DNA from: Felis catus
Lineage: Eukaryota
Direction: 5' to 3'
Assembly: GCF_018350175.1 (NCBI RefSeq)
Contig: NC_058368.1
Coordinates: forward strand, 63,242,001-63,306,000
Length of the DNA stretch: 64,000 bases
The notes under the pieces were generated by a model. It did no database searches. It worked only from the letters and a program-made list of their open reading frames with translations, and was not told where the DNA came from. The translations under genes and the position numbers were made by a program. Of the stretch, positions 28,726 to 42,963 are shown piece after piece (within the stretch, counting starts at the first letter, position 1; each line of letters opens with the position of its first letter).

Positions 28726-31039
28726 GTAAAGGTCTAATTCTTAAACTCTGACTGAGTTGATACTTAGGTGTCTGGCATGGTGAAAGTGAGATATTTAAAT
28801 TTTCAAAGTAAATATTAGTAAAATATGAATTAGTAAAATATGAATTAACTTACCTGCTTCTTATGGGCAATGGCAATGGTACTAGGGAAAAACAAGGTGG
28901 ATTAAGAAGGAATTATGAATGTGTAATATTTATAAATTGTCATTTTATGGAAAATAGAGATAAAACAAAAGAATTGCTATAAGAGCTATTCTAGTATATG
29001 AAGCCTGGTTCATCTGTTAATAATATTTATAGATATGGGGAATTCAGGTCAAGACACTAGTTTGGGAGCTGTTTGGAGAGATTATGACAGGGATTTTTCT
29101 CATTGTAAAGACTAATTCGAGTTGTAGTCATTCAACAGAAAAATTTTAAATAGTGATTAGGCCTTAGAAAATGAATGGTGTGAAGTTAATTCTCCTCTAT
29201 ACCACAGATAGGTCATGTTTTGGGGTACTTATTTTGTCTTTTTCACCTAGAGTGGGAACTTTTTCCTGCTCTCATAGAACTTTTCTGTTTTATCCCTGTA
29301 TTTGAAAAACAAAAACTACAATAAAAATTTTATGTTTGGAATATAATTATATATAAATAATATAATTTTATGTTGGAATATAATTATGGGTTATTCCCTA
29401 TTTTAAAAAAGCTTCTCCATGCTCTGGTTTCTCTTCAAATTGCATAAATCTTTCGCCTTTTACTAAAAAAGCTTCTCCATATAGCAAAATATGATTATGA
29501 ACTTTTATTAATCTCTGAAAATTTTAATATCATCATTAATCTTTATTAACTGAGTCCATCGATAATGCATCTCTACAAGATCAGTCAGCAATTTAAGACA
29601 ATTTTTATCAGTAAAAACTAACATTGGGGGCTGAAGAGATAAGTCATATATCATTTATTTTATCAGACTAAGTTTATATTTTACTGTTGTTATGCAGATA
29701 TTGAAAAAAGGGAAGACCTCAGGTTTTCTAATTTAGTTTTCTCTGTATGTGTTTTTTTTAATCTGTGGCAAAAAAAGAAGTTCAGACTCCTAAATTTTCC
29801 TATACCTTTAAAATAAATAAGTAAAAATTAGAAGCATTTAAAAGTCTGATTTTACTTAGTTTAACAAAAAAAATTGTTTTAAACATCCCCCAATTCTTTT
29901 CTCCCCTCATTATTTTGTACAAAATACAATTTCATTTATACAAGAAAGGTGTTAAGTTTTTTAAGAAAATGGATTGTATTCTCACCCATGGCAAATCTAT
30001 GGAAATCAGCACTCAGTCAAATGAATAATATAAATCCTAGTTTCAGGACTTGCTTTAGGCAAAATATGTCAAATAGGCAATCTCTTCTCGCCTCCCTGGA
30101 GACCAGGGTGAGAATCTGACAGGGTAGAAACCAGAAAACACATTACCCTCAAACTGAAATATTGTTTAGGCCCCAGCCGTTTCCTATTCACTTTAAGAAA
30201 ACTAAGACCCACACACTGCGTGACAGTTAATTCCTTTCAAATAAATTTATTTTGTACAGATCCAGTGGTGAACAAAGATTAATCTTCAAGTAAAATACCA
30301 AGAAGAAGCATAAACATGTTTTTTTTCTACCTGTTCTAATGAATTAAACATTCTTTTTTGAGGTAAAACAAAGGCTTAGCTGCCTTTGAATGGCCTAGAG
30401 CTAATATAGTGACGTACACACAATTTTTTTTTTCATGGAACTGATTTATTACAGTCCTTCAGCATGACCAAGAGCCCACTCCAAACTAAATCATTTCACT
30501 GCTGTCAAAAATAGAATTTGCCAAACAGTATTTAAAATGCAAAAACAGTAATCAAAATGAATCCTTAATGAGTTATTACATATATACTTTTTTAACAGAA
30601 ACTTTGCTAAAGCAAAGTACTGAGGATCTCTTAGGGGTGTTGCATGCAATTAATCATAAAGATTTTTTTTCTGGGAAAATAAATCTATGTAGTTTTTAAA
30701 AATATAGTATTAAGGAGCCTTTTTATCATGAGTTGTGGTAATTAAAGTTTAACTTTGTAAGTAGGACACACAAATCTTTTGAATAGTAAATCTGTCTATT
30801 TCACATGTAGTCACACAGGTCAATGCTTTCTAAAGTTTTATGCTGGCAAATTTTCACTAACCATGCTAAGCTTCCTCTTCTGTACAAAATAATTTTTTAT
30901 ACTGCAGGGACAACTACTGCAGCATATCAGAGGCATGCCTTACCTCCAAATCAAACTTATATTAAGCATGGGGTTTAAATTATGCATAATAATTTAATAT
31001 AGTCCAATATTATAAAAAACAGTTTAATGAAAATATTTT

Positions 31040-31627
31040 TTATCCAAATGTAATTAATATACAGTGTTATATTAGCTTCAGGTGTACAGTATAATGATTC
31101 AGCAACTCTATACACGCCTCAGTTGTCATCAAGATAATTGCACTCTAGGGGTACCTGGGTGGCTCAGTCAGTTAAGCACCTGACTCTTGATTTCGGCTCA
31201 GGTCATGATCTCACAGTTCGAGAGGTGGAGCCGCATGTCAGGCCCTATGCTGACAGCATGAAGCCCGCTTGGGATTTTCTCTCACTCTCTCTCTCTCCCT
31301 CTCTCCCTCTCTCCCCCACTTCTCAAAATAAATTAATAAAAGCTTAAAGATAACTTTAAAACAAGGTAAATGCACTCTTAATCTCCTTTATCTATTTCAC
31401 CCTTCCCCCCACCAGATTCCCCTCTGGCAAGCACCAGTTTGTTCTCTGTATTTAAGAGTTTGGTTTTTTGTTGCTCTTTTTCTTTGTTCATTTATTTTAT
31501 TTCTTCAGTTCCACATATGAGTGAAATCATACGGTATTTGTCTTTCTCTAACTGACTTATTTCACTTAGTCCTGGCCATTGTTGCAAATGGCAAGATCTC
31601 ATTCTTTTTTATGGCTGAATAATATTT

Positions 31628-31663
<36 letters not shown>

Positions 31664-32300
31664 AATCTCACAACTTCTTTATCCATTCATCTGTTGGATA
31701 CTTGGGCTCCTTCCATATCTTAGCTATTGTAAAAATAATGCTGCAATAAACATAGGAATGCATATATCTTTTGGAATTAGTATTTTTGTTTTCTTTGGGT
31801 AAATAGTAGTGGAATTACTGGATCATGTGGTAATTCTATTTTTAATTTTTTGAAGAACCTCCATACTGTTTTCCACAGTGGCTGTACCAATTTGCATTCC
31901 CATCAATAGTACATGAGGGTTCCTTTTGTCTACATCCTCACCAACACTTCTTGTTTCTTAAAATGTTTCTGATTTGAGCCATTTTGGTAAGTATAAAGTG
32001 ATATCTTGTGGTTTTGATTTGCATTTCTCTAATGACTAGTGATACTGAGCACCTTTTTCATGTGTCTGTTGGCTATGTGTATGTCTTCTTTGGAAAATAT
32101 CTATACAGGTCCTCTGCCCATTTTTAAATTGGATTATTTGTGTTTTGGTGTTGAGTTGTATAAATTCTTTATATACTTTAGAAATTAACCTGTATATCAT
32201 TGCAAATATTTTCTCCCATTTAGTAGGTTGCATTTTTATTTTGTTAATGATGTCCTTCACCACGCAAAAGCTTTTTATTTTAGTATAGTGTCAACAGTTT
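31040..32300 (-). mobile_element. L1 3' portion (carnivore/L1MA-type) containing a SINE (31148-31370, +) and a (TG)n
   Basis: reverse ORF2 remnant (KMQPTKWEKIFA) and 3'UTR ttccacatatgagtgaaatcatacggtatttgtc; SINE flanked by tgcactct. Confidence 0.88.
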
Positions 32301-32847
32301 AATTTACTGAATATATTTTAATTCTACAGTCTGTCTCCCTATTTTCTTAAACTCTTTAGGTTACTCAGGCAAATAAAAATATTGCCTTATTTATGTAAGA
32401 ATTGACTATCTGTTTAGAATAAAATTTGTACAAATACAAGTATTTTGAGATTACAAAAATTTTAGACCTTTGTTTTTTGAGAGAGGATTAGTGGGAGAGT
32501 AGAAAAAGTATGGACTTTTGTTTGGGAGTACTTTCTTCAAATTTGAGTTCTATCATTATTGGCAGTTGGCAATTAGTCTCTGGGAGCCTCAATTTTCTCA
32601 TCTGTAAAATCGGGCAATAATATAGATTTTGTAGATTTGACAGGCTTGAAAAAGCTGGTCATGTAAATGAACACGCACATGCAGTTGCTCATTGAATTGT
32701 AATTCCTTTTTTTGCTGATTACCTGTACCACAAAAGTTTGACAAGAAATGACTTAGATCAACATGCTTTTATTTGAAAGAAATATTTCTTCTAGATTCTG
32801 CCTTAGATTCTTGGGACTAGAATACTTTATCAATAAGGCAGGGAACA

Positions 32848-33107
32848 GGGGCACCTGGGTGGCTCAGTTAGGTATCCAACTCTGGATTTTGGTGTAAGTC
32901 ATGATCTCAGTTTGTGAGATGAAGCCCTGCTTTGGGCTCTGCTCTAACACCTCAGAGTCTGCTTGGGATTCTCTCTCTCTCCCTCTCCCTCTCCCTCTCC
33001 CTCTCCCTCTCCCTCTCCCTCTCCCTCTCCCTCTCCCTCTCCCTCCCACTCCCACTGCCTCTTCCCTGCTTGCACTCTGTCTCTCAAAAATAAATAAACA
33101 TTAAAAA
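32848..33107 (+). mobile_element. Can-SINE with (CTCTCC)n expansion
   Basis: SINE head; hexamer run at ~32977-33045. Confidence 0.92.
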
Positions 33108-36100
33108 GTATTCACAAAATAGATCAGGGAATATTTCAATTTTGTTTCCTTCAATTTTTGTCTGTTTATTTGTTTAGAACAGACTCCAATTACAGAATCC
33201 TGATGCATTCATATCTAGTCATCTTGCATACTGCCTGGCACTGGTCACCATGGACAAAGACGAATCCACTCATCAGATAAATAATTCTAAGCAGAGTACC
33301 TGACTATAAGTTAGCAGTTATCAATCAACAACTATGTGATAGCAAAAGGTAGAATTATAAGCTCACTTCTCACACAATTCACTAAAATTGTTGGTAGAAA
33401 AAGCAAACAGTATTATGATTTGACATGTCAGAATTATACAAATTACCACATATTCCAAACTTATCTGCCATAATCAGTCATATTATGTTTATTTGAGAGA
33501 GGCATGGTGGGTTAGCAGAATACCAAGATTGGATTTTCAGTCCACCCTCCAATACTAGATTCTGGATATATCATTTAGAATCTTTGATATGCTATTTCCT
33601 TATCCATACAATAGCAACAGGGCTACTTACCTTGTCTGTCTTGCACAGTTATTAAGGAGATAAAACACATAAGCTGTTTTGAAATTCCAAAGTATTAAAC
33701 AGAAATGTAAAGCAGTTGATTTCATTGAACTCAGTATGAAAATTTACTGTAGAGAATATATGCCTCTATTTCCATTTTAGAAGAAAGAACAATGCCATAT
33801 TTGGCCTACATGGCCAAAATAACAAAGTTATATTTTGCCAAAAAAAATGTTTATATAGGAAAGAAATTAATATCTCTTTGTATGCATTGCCTTGTTGATT
33901 TATAGTTTAGAATTAACATGTTTACCTCACAATGAAAGTTAAGAATAAAGCAAAATGAAGCTGGTAGAAAAAAACAGGAGGATTTGATACCAAAAATAAA
34001 TAAAGTGCAAAATTAACCATGAATAAACTAACTGAGACAGTTTTTGCCTTTTTGCCAAAGACTGACCTTGGTAATTAGTATATCTAACCTGGAAAATATT
34101 CTTGAGAAGTATTCACCACTGTTTGCCTTGCCAGCAGTTGCTAGGTTATAACTATACATCTTCAGGTACAATAACATAGCCCATTTTGCTAGTAGCAAAA
34201 AAGAGAGACTTGACACTGATGACAACCACAAAAAAACCTAAATTCTATAATTTGAGAAGCATTATATCTGAGTGAATTTATAACAATTTGTTCATTCCAT
34301 AAATGTAGAAATCCTGTAAATATTTCTCATATTGAAAAATAACACTAATAGTTTTTTGAGAATAAATTTTACTTACAGTAAGGGAATTTTAAAAATACAT
34401 TTATTTCTACCCATATTTACTTCAAGAAAATTACTTCTTAGTTTCTCATATAGGCTACACATAATAAAAATAATTTTCCATAATTGAGACTTTATATATA
34501 AAGGAACCTAATAATACGGGAAGCATGTCAGTAAAGAGTAATCTTTATAAATAAAACTCAGATCTCAGAGTAAATGTAGGAAAATGAGGGAAGGGAAGAA
34601 GCTAACATCTCTTGAGCATTTGCTATGGAACTAGCTCAGTGCTTTCGATTTTATAAACATTTCATTTCACCCCACAAAAAAGTTTATACCGTATTGTAAC
34701 GTTTTTTTAAAGATGAAGAATCTGAGGTGTAGAAAGTTTATTTAATGCTATACAGATAATAATTTATGGTGTAAGAATTTACACACTAAAAAGACCATTC
34801 ATGGTCTTTATTTACTGCATTATCTTGACTAGCTATCCATCTCAATGCTTCATTACTAAATGTGTCTAACTGCTTGACATATCTACTACAGATTCAATCT
34901 TCTTTCTTCAGGTTTTTCAGAGGCTATTTATAGTATTAACAAAAAACAAAGCAATCAATATAAAATATTTACACAAATATACAATAAATTTAAAATTTTT
35001 TAACAAATTAGCAAAGTAACAATTATTCTGACAATTGTCAAACAGTCACACAACTTAAAAGGTTTGAAATATTCAACAAAATTACAAAATCAGTTTGCTT
35101 TTCTCAATCCTGTTGAGTCTCTTTTGATTACATAAAACACTCAGCAGCAGTCCTCAGCAGGTCAGATAGCTTACACCACCAACTGCCATAATTGCATAGG
35201 AGCAACCTCCAGGCAAAAACAAGCTAAATACCAGGAATCTTCCCTCAGGGACAGTACTTAGAAGAGATCTGATTTCCCTTTATCTAAAATGTCTGTCTGA
35301 ATTGAACAAGTGAAGGTAGTGCCAAATTCCCAAAACCAAAAGTTTAAGCATTCTCACTACTTCATTCATCATTTCTGTCCCAGTCCTCAGACTTCATATA
35401 ATTAAGATACGGACTTCTGTCCATCTCTGCATTGGAAGCTTAGATGCTTTAAAACCAATATTGAACACCTTAAGAAACTAGAAAAATATGAGCAAATTAA
35501 ATTCAAACTAAGTGAAGAGAAAAAACAATAATTAGAGCAGAAATCAATAAAATTGAAAACAGGAAATCAGTAGAAAAAAATCAATTAAATTAAAAGGTAG
35601 TTTTTGAAAATATCAATAAAATTGGCAAAACATTAGCCAGGCTAGCTAGAAAAAAAGAACCACAGATTACTAATATGAGATGAAAGAGCTGACATCAGTA
35701 CAGATCCTATGGACACTAAAAAAATAATAAAGAAATAGTATGAGTAACTCTGTGCCCACAAATTTGGTTACTTAGATGAAATGTACCAACTCCTTGAAAA
35801 GCACAATCTTCCAAAACTTACACAAAAAATAGACAATCTGATAGGTCTATATCTATTAAAGAAATTTATTCAATAATTAATAATCTCCCTAAACAGAAAA
35901 CACCAGGTCCAGAAGGGTTCAATAGTGAATTTTATTAAACTTTTAAAAAAGAAAGTATACCAATTTTCTATAATCTCCTTCAAAGGATAGAAGCAGAGGT
36001 TATACTCCTTAACTCATTCTATAAGGCCAGCATTATTTTACTACCAAAACCAAATAATGACTCTATGAGAAAAGTAAAGTACAGATCAGTATCTCTCATA

Positions 36101-36489
36101 AAATCCTCAACAAAATATTAGTGTATCTAATTCAACAATGTGTAAAAAGAATTATACATCAGAACCACGTGGAATTTATCTCAGGTATGCAAGGCTTATT
36201 TAACATTCAGTAACCCATTAAGGTAATCCAGTACATTAATAGGCTAAAAAAAAACCAAAAAACAAAAAAAAAACACCTCACATGATTATAGCAATAGGTG
36301 AAGAAAAAGCATTTGGCAAAATCCAACACTCATTCATGATTAAAGATTCTCAGAAAACCAGGAATAGAGGGGGAAATTCCTAAGTTTAATAAAGAATATC
36401 TATAAAAAACATACAACTAACAAACTTACCAATAAGAAACTCAAAACTTTCCCACTAAGATCAGACACAAAGCAAAGATGTCCCCTTTT

Positions 36490-36715
36490 TTTTTTTTTTA
36501 ATTTTTTTTTTTCAATGTTTATTTATTTTTGGGACAGAGAGAGACAGAGCATGAACGGGGGAGGGGCAGAGAGAGAGGGAGTCACAGAATCGGAAACAGG
36601 CTCCAGGCTCTGAGCCATCAGCCCAGAGCCCGACGCGGGGCTCGAACTCACGGACCGCGAGATCGTGACCTGGCTGAAGTCGGACGCTTAACCGACTGCG
36701 CCACCCAGGCGCCCC
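36490..36715 (-). mobile_element. Young feline Can-SINE (SINEC_Fc-like)
   Basis: CpG-intact copy; TSD caaagatgtcccctttt at 36473-36489 and 36716-36732. Confidence 0.96.
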
Positions 36716-37531
36716 CAAAGATGTCCCCTTTTATGACTCCTTCTTTACATTGTACTGGAAGTTCTAGCTACTGCAATAAGATAAGAAAAATAAATAAAAG
36801 AGGCAGAGTGGGAAAGGGGAAATAAAACTGGCTTTATTCACAGGTGACATGATTATCTATGTAGAAAGTCTGAAAGAATTAACAAAAGCATTTCTGGAAC
36901 TAATAAGAAATTATAGCAAGTTTATAGAATACAGGATTAATATACAAAAGTCAATCACTTCCCCAGGTACCAGAAAGGAACAAGTGGAATTTGAAATTGA
37001 AAACACAATCACACTGACAGATGGTAATTACACTTATCATGGTGAGCATTTTGTACTGTATGTAAATATCAAATCACTATGTAATATACCTGAAACTAAT
37101 ATAATATTGTATGTCTACTTACATGCCAATTAATTTTTTAAATACCATTTATATAAAAACCAAAAAAGTGAAATACTTAGATATAAATCTAACAAAATGT
37201 GTATAAAGTCTATATGAGTAAAAGTACAAAATGAATGAAATCAATGAAGGACTAAATAAATGAAGAGATATCCCATGTTCATGGATAGGAAGACTCTTCC
37301 CAACTTGGTCTATAGATTCAATGTAATCCCAATCAGAATTCCAGTAAGTTACTTTGTGAACATCAACAAACTCATTCTAAGTTTATATGTGAGCTATCAA
37401 GTCATGAAAAGACATGAAGGAGGCTTAAATGAATACTACTAAGTGAAAAAGCCAATCTGAAAAGGCTACATACTTTACAATTCCAACTATATGACATTCT
37501 GGGAAAGGCAAAACTAGGAGACAGTAAAAAA

Positions 37532-37651
37532 ATATATATATATATATATATATAAGATATATATATATGTATATATATATATACATACATATACATGTAT
37601 ACGTATACGTATGTGTATGTGTATATGTATACGTATATGTGTGTGTGTGTG

Positions 37652-37692
<41 letters not shown>
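37532..37692. repeat. Compound (TA)n/(TG)n microsatellite
   Basis: direct reading. Confidence 0.95.
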
Positions 37693-37694
<2 letters not shown>

Positions 37695-37995
37695 TTTCCA
37701 GGGTTTGGGGTTGGGGAGAGGATGAATAGGCAGAGCACAGAGGATTTTTAGGGCAATGAAAACACCATGTATGATACTATAATGATAGACCTATCATTTG
37801 TCTCAACTCACAAAATACACAATAGCAAGGGTGAACCCTAAGGTAAATTATGGAATTTAGGTGATTACATTTATCACTATAGGTTCACCAGGTGTAACAA
37901 ATATACCAATTCAGTGGTAAATGTTGATAATAAAGGATGCTATGTAAGAGTGGGGCAAGGGGTATATGGGAAATTTCTGCATCTTCCTCTCAATC

Positions 37996-38213
37996 TTTTT
38001 CTTTTTTTTAATGTTTATTTTTGAGAGAGAGAGAGAGAGAGAGCGAGCATGCACACAAGAAGGAGAGGGGCAGAGAGAGGGGAACAAAGGATCCAAAGAG
38101 GTCTCTGTGATGGCAGCAGCAAGCCCAATGTGGGACTTGACCTCATGAACCATGAGATTGTGACCTGAACTAAAGTCGGGTTCTCAACTGACTGAGCCAT
38201 ACAGGTGCCCCCC
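37996..38213 (-). mobile_element. Can-SINE
   Basis: reverse SINE within the L1 tail. Confidence 0.88.
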
Positions 38214-38399
38214 TGAATCATTTTCTGAACCAAAAATGCCCTAAAAAATAAATCTTTACCCAAAAAAATCGTACTAGATAAAGATAAATTTAATATTTAA
38301 AAACAATTTTGAGCATCACATTTTAATTAATGGTATCAAATCACTTAGGTTCAGCACTGACTCAGCAATTTTCTGATGCTTTTGTTGGAAATTAATAGA

Positions 38400-39490
38400 C
38401 ACAGGGTAGGATTCAAGCTAGCCAGCGATGCAGATCTAAAACTTTTTAGTTGGAGCTGCCATAATAAAATCTAAAATATGTAGTATGTGAGATGAAGTTG
38501 GCGGCAGAGGCTAGGAAAAGGATGAAGAAACTGTTAGAGGAAGCTGAAACTGTTCTAGATGGCAACCCATATTCTGTACTGGCAAAACAATTGGTAAAAC
38601 TGACTCTTGTGGTACCATGGTAACATGGTAACTCTTGCGTACCTAATGAAACTGTTGTACTTGGCAAAGTGATCACCAGGTAAAATATTAAGTATTACAT
38701 TTAGCTAGTTAAATGCTGGTTGCATTTAGCTGTATAGTCTACAGTAGTATAAGAAGGGATTAACTCAGGCGTGGGGTAGAGAGGATGCCAATTACCAATT
38801 TGAAAGTGAATTTGGAGTAAATAGAGTGGCATAACTTGAGATGAAGAGAAGTATACTTTGCAGGTGTGAGGAATGTGAATAAATGGCTCTTAGGGCAGAT
38901 CTGAAATTGATTACACTTATTGGCCTAGTTCTTCAGTCCTCTCTGTGTTCATATTCTTTACCATGTGATGTTGATTATTGTCTCACTAAAAAGAAACTAT
39001 CTTCACACTCCTTAAATCTAGACTAGCCTATACCTTACTTTGTCCAATAGAATATAGCAGAAGTAACAGCACATTAACTCCAAATCTAAACTGAAAGAAG
39101 TCTTGTGCATTTCTTCTTGCTCTCTTTGGTTCCTCTACTAGCAGCATAAAAATATGTTTGGGCTAGCTTGCTGAAAAATGAAACATGTGAAAGAAACATA
39201 GCTGAGTTTCCCTAGTCATCCCAACTATGACTATCCTAGGCTAGCTGAACTGTGAACAGTTGTTCAAATGAATAAGTCCAGACAAAACCAAAATAACTGT
39301 TAAGTTAAACTCTCCCCTAGATCACCGACATATTTAATGTTTTAAAACAGTGAATTTGGGGGCTGCCCGAGTGGCTCAGTTGGTTAGCCTCCAACTTTGA
39401 CTCAGGTCGTGATCTCATGGTTCGTGAGTTCAAGCCCTGTGTCAGGTTCTGTGCTGACAGCTCAGAGCCTGGAGCCTTCTTCAGATTCTG

Positions 39491-39548
<58 letters not shown>

Positions 39549-39675
39549 CCCCTCCCCCACTTGTGCTTGGTCTCTCTATAAAAAATAAATAAACATTTAA
39601 AAAATTAAAAAAAAACAATTTTAAAGTGGTTTGTTATGCAGCATTATCATGGCAATGGATGACTAATATAGTACA
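38400..39675. mobile_element. MaLR internal remnant plus MLT1 LTR, with SINE at 39358-39615 (+)
   Basis: ggcaaaacaattggtaaaactg (MaLR internal-like); LTR end gtggtttgttatgcagcattatcatggcaatggatgactaata. Confidence 0.6.
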
Positions 39676-39699
39676 GAAGTGTTCTAATTTCTACTGTTT

Positions 39700-40760
39700 T
39701 AGGAAGCAATAAATTATTTATTAAAAAACAGATATATCAATAAAGAAGGGTCTAAAGATAAAATTAAAAGTCATGAAGTTAACTACAAGAAGAACAAAGA
39801 CCATAAACCTTATATATTGTCAGCATAAAAAGACACATAGGTACACACACACACACACACACACACACGCACGCACACAGATCTCACGCAAAAAAAAAAA
39901 CTTGAAAAAACCCAGAAGTACATATTAGATTCCAAAGCTACAAGAAAATGCTGTATACAAAGTATACATCTAAAGCAAAGTGATTCAAAAAAGTTAAATG
40001 AAAAAGCTAAGATGAGCCAAGAAATACAATGCAATTACAAAGAAACAAAGAATAAAGAAATATTTTTAAAAGACTAATCAACTTCAGGAGTCCCTATTAA
40101 TATTGAGAAAATATAATCAAGGTCAAAACGTTACATAAAACAGAAAAAGGCTTTATAGTAATAAAAAAATACAAAATACAATAAAAATCTTCAATCAACT
40201 TCTGTGTACCAAATAATGTCAATAATATTCATAATGCAAAACTCCAGTAACTATAATGAGAAGTAATAGAAACACAATATTAAATAGGAGACCATGTCTC
40301 AGCTCTCAAAGGCCATAATAAATCAAGTAAATAAAAAAATTACTAAGGATTTAAGGGCACTGATGGCAAAATTAATAAACTTTATCTGATAAATATAAAA
40401 TGATTTCAACATCAGGAAATTAGAAACTGTATCTTATTTTCATGTGTCTATGAACATTTCATAAAAGCAAACTAAATATTAATTTTCAAAGAAAAGCTTA
40501 ATAATTTCTAGAAGCAGATATGGTACCAAACAAGCTCTATGTTTAAAATTTGATATAGTTACAATAATTTTTAAAGTAATAATAAAAAAACCTGAAAATT
40601 AAAAGAGAAATATTAACTCTTGGACCAAAGAAGAAATTAAAATCCAAACTAAAGAATTTGAAAAGATATTAAGTATGAAACATATCAACTTATAAGATTC
40701 ACCAAAACCAATGTTCTTCTCTAAGAAAATTCATAGTCTTAACTAATTGTATTACTAAAA
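39700..40760 (+). mobile_element. Very old L1 (endonuclease-region remnant)
   Basis: A-rich; motifs such as acaatattaaataggagacc and gaccaaagaagaaattaaaa. Confidence 0.55.
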
Positions 40761-40879
40761 CTGAGAAATACTAATATGATAGTGGAAGTTCAATTTTAAT
40801 GAAGCTGTGTTTGAAGTTTCACCATTTAAAACATGATGCTGTCTCCTGATTTCGGATACATTTGTTCTATTTCATTTCC

Positions 40880-41510
40880 AACTGGATATATTGCAATACA
40901 ATTCTGACATTAAATCACCTGTAGTTAACATCACACTCCACAGGCTTAGGGCTTAATCTGCCTCAAGACTGCCCTTCTTTCAGATGCCAGCTGTGTTTTG
41001 GGGGGACATCAGACAATCTGGACTTCCAGCAAACTGACTACAAATTTGAGGGTTCCCATAATCCTTTCACAGAACTCGAGAAAATGCTATAATTAATTAT
41101 TACAGTTTTACTATATAAAAGATACACATAGAATGAGTTCTGGAAGGGAACGATGCAGAGCTCCCATGCCATCTTCATGTGGAGGAAGGACATGTCACCT
41201 TCTAAGCACATCAGTATTTCCCACTAAGCTTCTAATTATGGTTTTATAATTTAGTCACAATTGACTAAATCATTGGCCATGTGATTGAACTCAATCTCCA
41301 GGTCCTCTTTGCTCCCTGGTGGTCAGGCTGACTCAAAGTCCCCAATTCTCTAAACATGTGCTTGATCTTTTGGGGACCAGACCCCATCCTGAAGTTATGT
41401 AGGGGCCTACCAAGAGTCTACCTATTAGCATAACAAAGAAAAATTCTAAGTGTTTTTATAGTTCTGTGCCGGGAATCTTGGACAAAAACCAGATAATTCT
41501 ATTTATATAA
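40880..41510. mobile_element. LTR, MER21-like
   Basis: caattctgacatt...caagactgccc...tcagatgccag...ggaatcttggacaaaaaccagata. Confidence 0.65.
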
Positions 41511-42927
41511 TTTACTAATGTAACACAATATTTGGACATGCTAAGAAAGCTCCCCATCTGAACCCATAACAGAAGGAAAACAGATGGCTCACTGAAATTA
41601 AGATAACTTGGTTTTAACAAGGAGACTATTAAGGTAAGGCTGGAGTATTGAGGAACCTCAAAGGGAATTTCCTTAAACCTGGGATTACCCTAAAGATAGA
41701 AGGGAGGAGATTGAAGCATTTACCAGAATTCAGAGGGAGAGAATCATGTACAAAAGCCACCTTGAGGGAAGCAGTAACTTTTTTTTAAGGGATAGCTAGA
41801 AGCAATGCTTCAGAGAGGAAACAGGAACTAAATATTCTGACCTCATTCTCCTGTCTGTGATCTGCTTCTGGAAGGCAGGCATTTTCATTGACTGAGCCCA
41901 GCTAGACCCCAGGGGTTATAACAGTCTTTTTATGGAGTCCATACAGAAGAGCTTCCTGGGGGCATAGAGTAGGGTAAAGAAATGATCTAGAGGGGCAAAT
42001 GTAATATATTCAGCACACCATGAGAAATGAGTGTTGAGTTCTATATAAAGCTATCTCAGCATCCATGGACAATGATCTTTTGAGTTCACATTTGGTCTAT
42101 AATGGTAAAAGCTGCCTAAAATTGAGCCATTTTTAGGTTTCCCCCAAAAAAGTTTACTTAGTAATGATGCATTAATTTTTCATGGGCTGCTGGATGCTAG
42201 TGGTTAACTTTGAGGATTTTTACATTGATGTGCATAAGAAAGATGGCTCTACATTTTTCTTATTGTTCCTAATATCTTCTATTTGTATAAACGACGACTC
42301 ATTTAAATTGTTTCCAAAACATGAATACAAAAAAATACCAAACTAAAAAAGTGAAAACCCTAGTGTCCACCTTTAGGAATACAAAGAACCAAATCTTGGA
42401 AGCTTTTCAAACCTAGGCTTTCCTCATCTACCAACCTTTGCTTTAAAGGAAATGGTAAGGGGAGAGAGAGATTCTACAGGGACCACAGCTTTGTTTGTTT
42501 GTTTGTTTGCTTGTTTGTTTTTTTGTTTGTTTTTAAGTCCTTCTCCTTACACTTGTATTGTAGGCTTGTTAGAGTAGGTAGTTCTTTGGGCCATGTTAGG
42601 GCCAATAAACATTGCCCTTTCTTTTACTCGGTTGTTTTCTCAAAGCATCAACATTAGAAGGACTTATTATCTTAGTAAATAGGAAGCTCAACATTATAAT
42701 TTAGGAGTTGCTCAGGATTAAATTAGTTGATGTGTAAAAAGCTATCATCACAGCCTCTGGTACAATCTAAATATCTCCCTTTTTCTTTTATAGAAAAAAT
42801 TCAGTGGTTAATTCTACAAAGAGAAATTCAGGTAGTTTGTAGCATTGGTCATTCTGGCCTTTCTTTGTATTTATATATACTTGACTAATTCTAATAACTA
42901 AGATCTTAAAGAATAAAAGTGTGTATG

Positions 42928-42963
<36 letters not shown>

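Larger units (their letters stand above)
35455..38260 (+). mobile_element. Old decayed L1 (ORF2 RT region plus L1MC-like 3' end) with nested insertions
   Basis: RT-like remnants (PGPEGF, ASIILLPKP, MIIYVE); L1MC-type tail gagctatcaagtcatgaaaagacatg...aaaggctacatac; short L1 3'-end insert at ~37015-37140. Confidence 0.85.
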
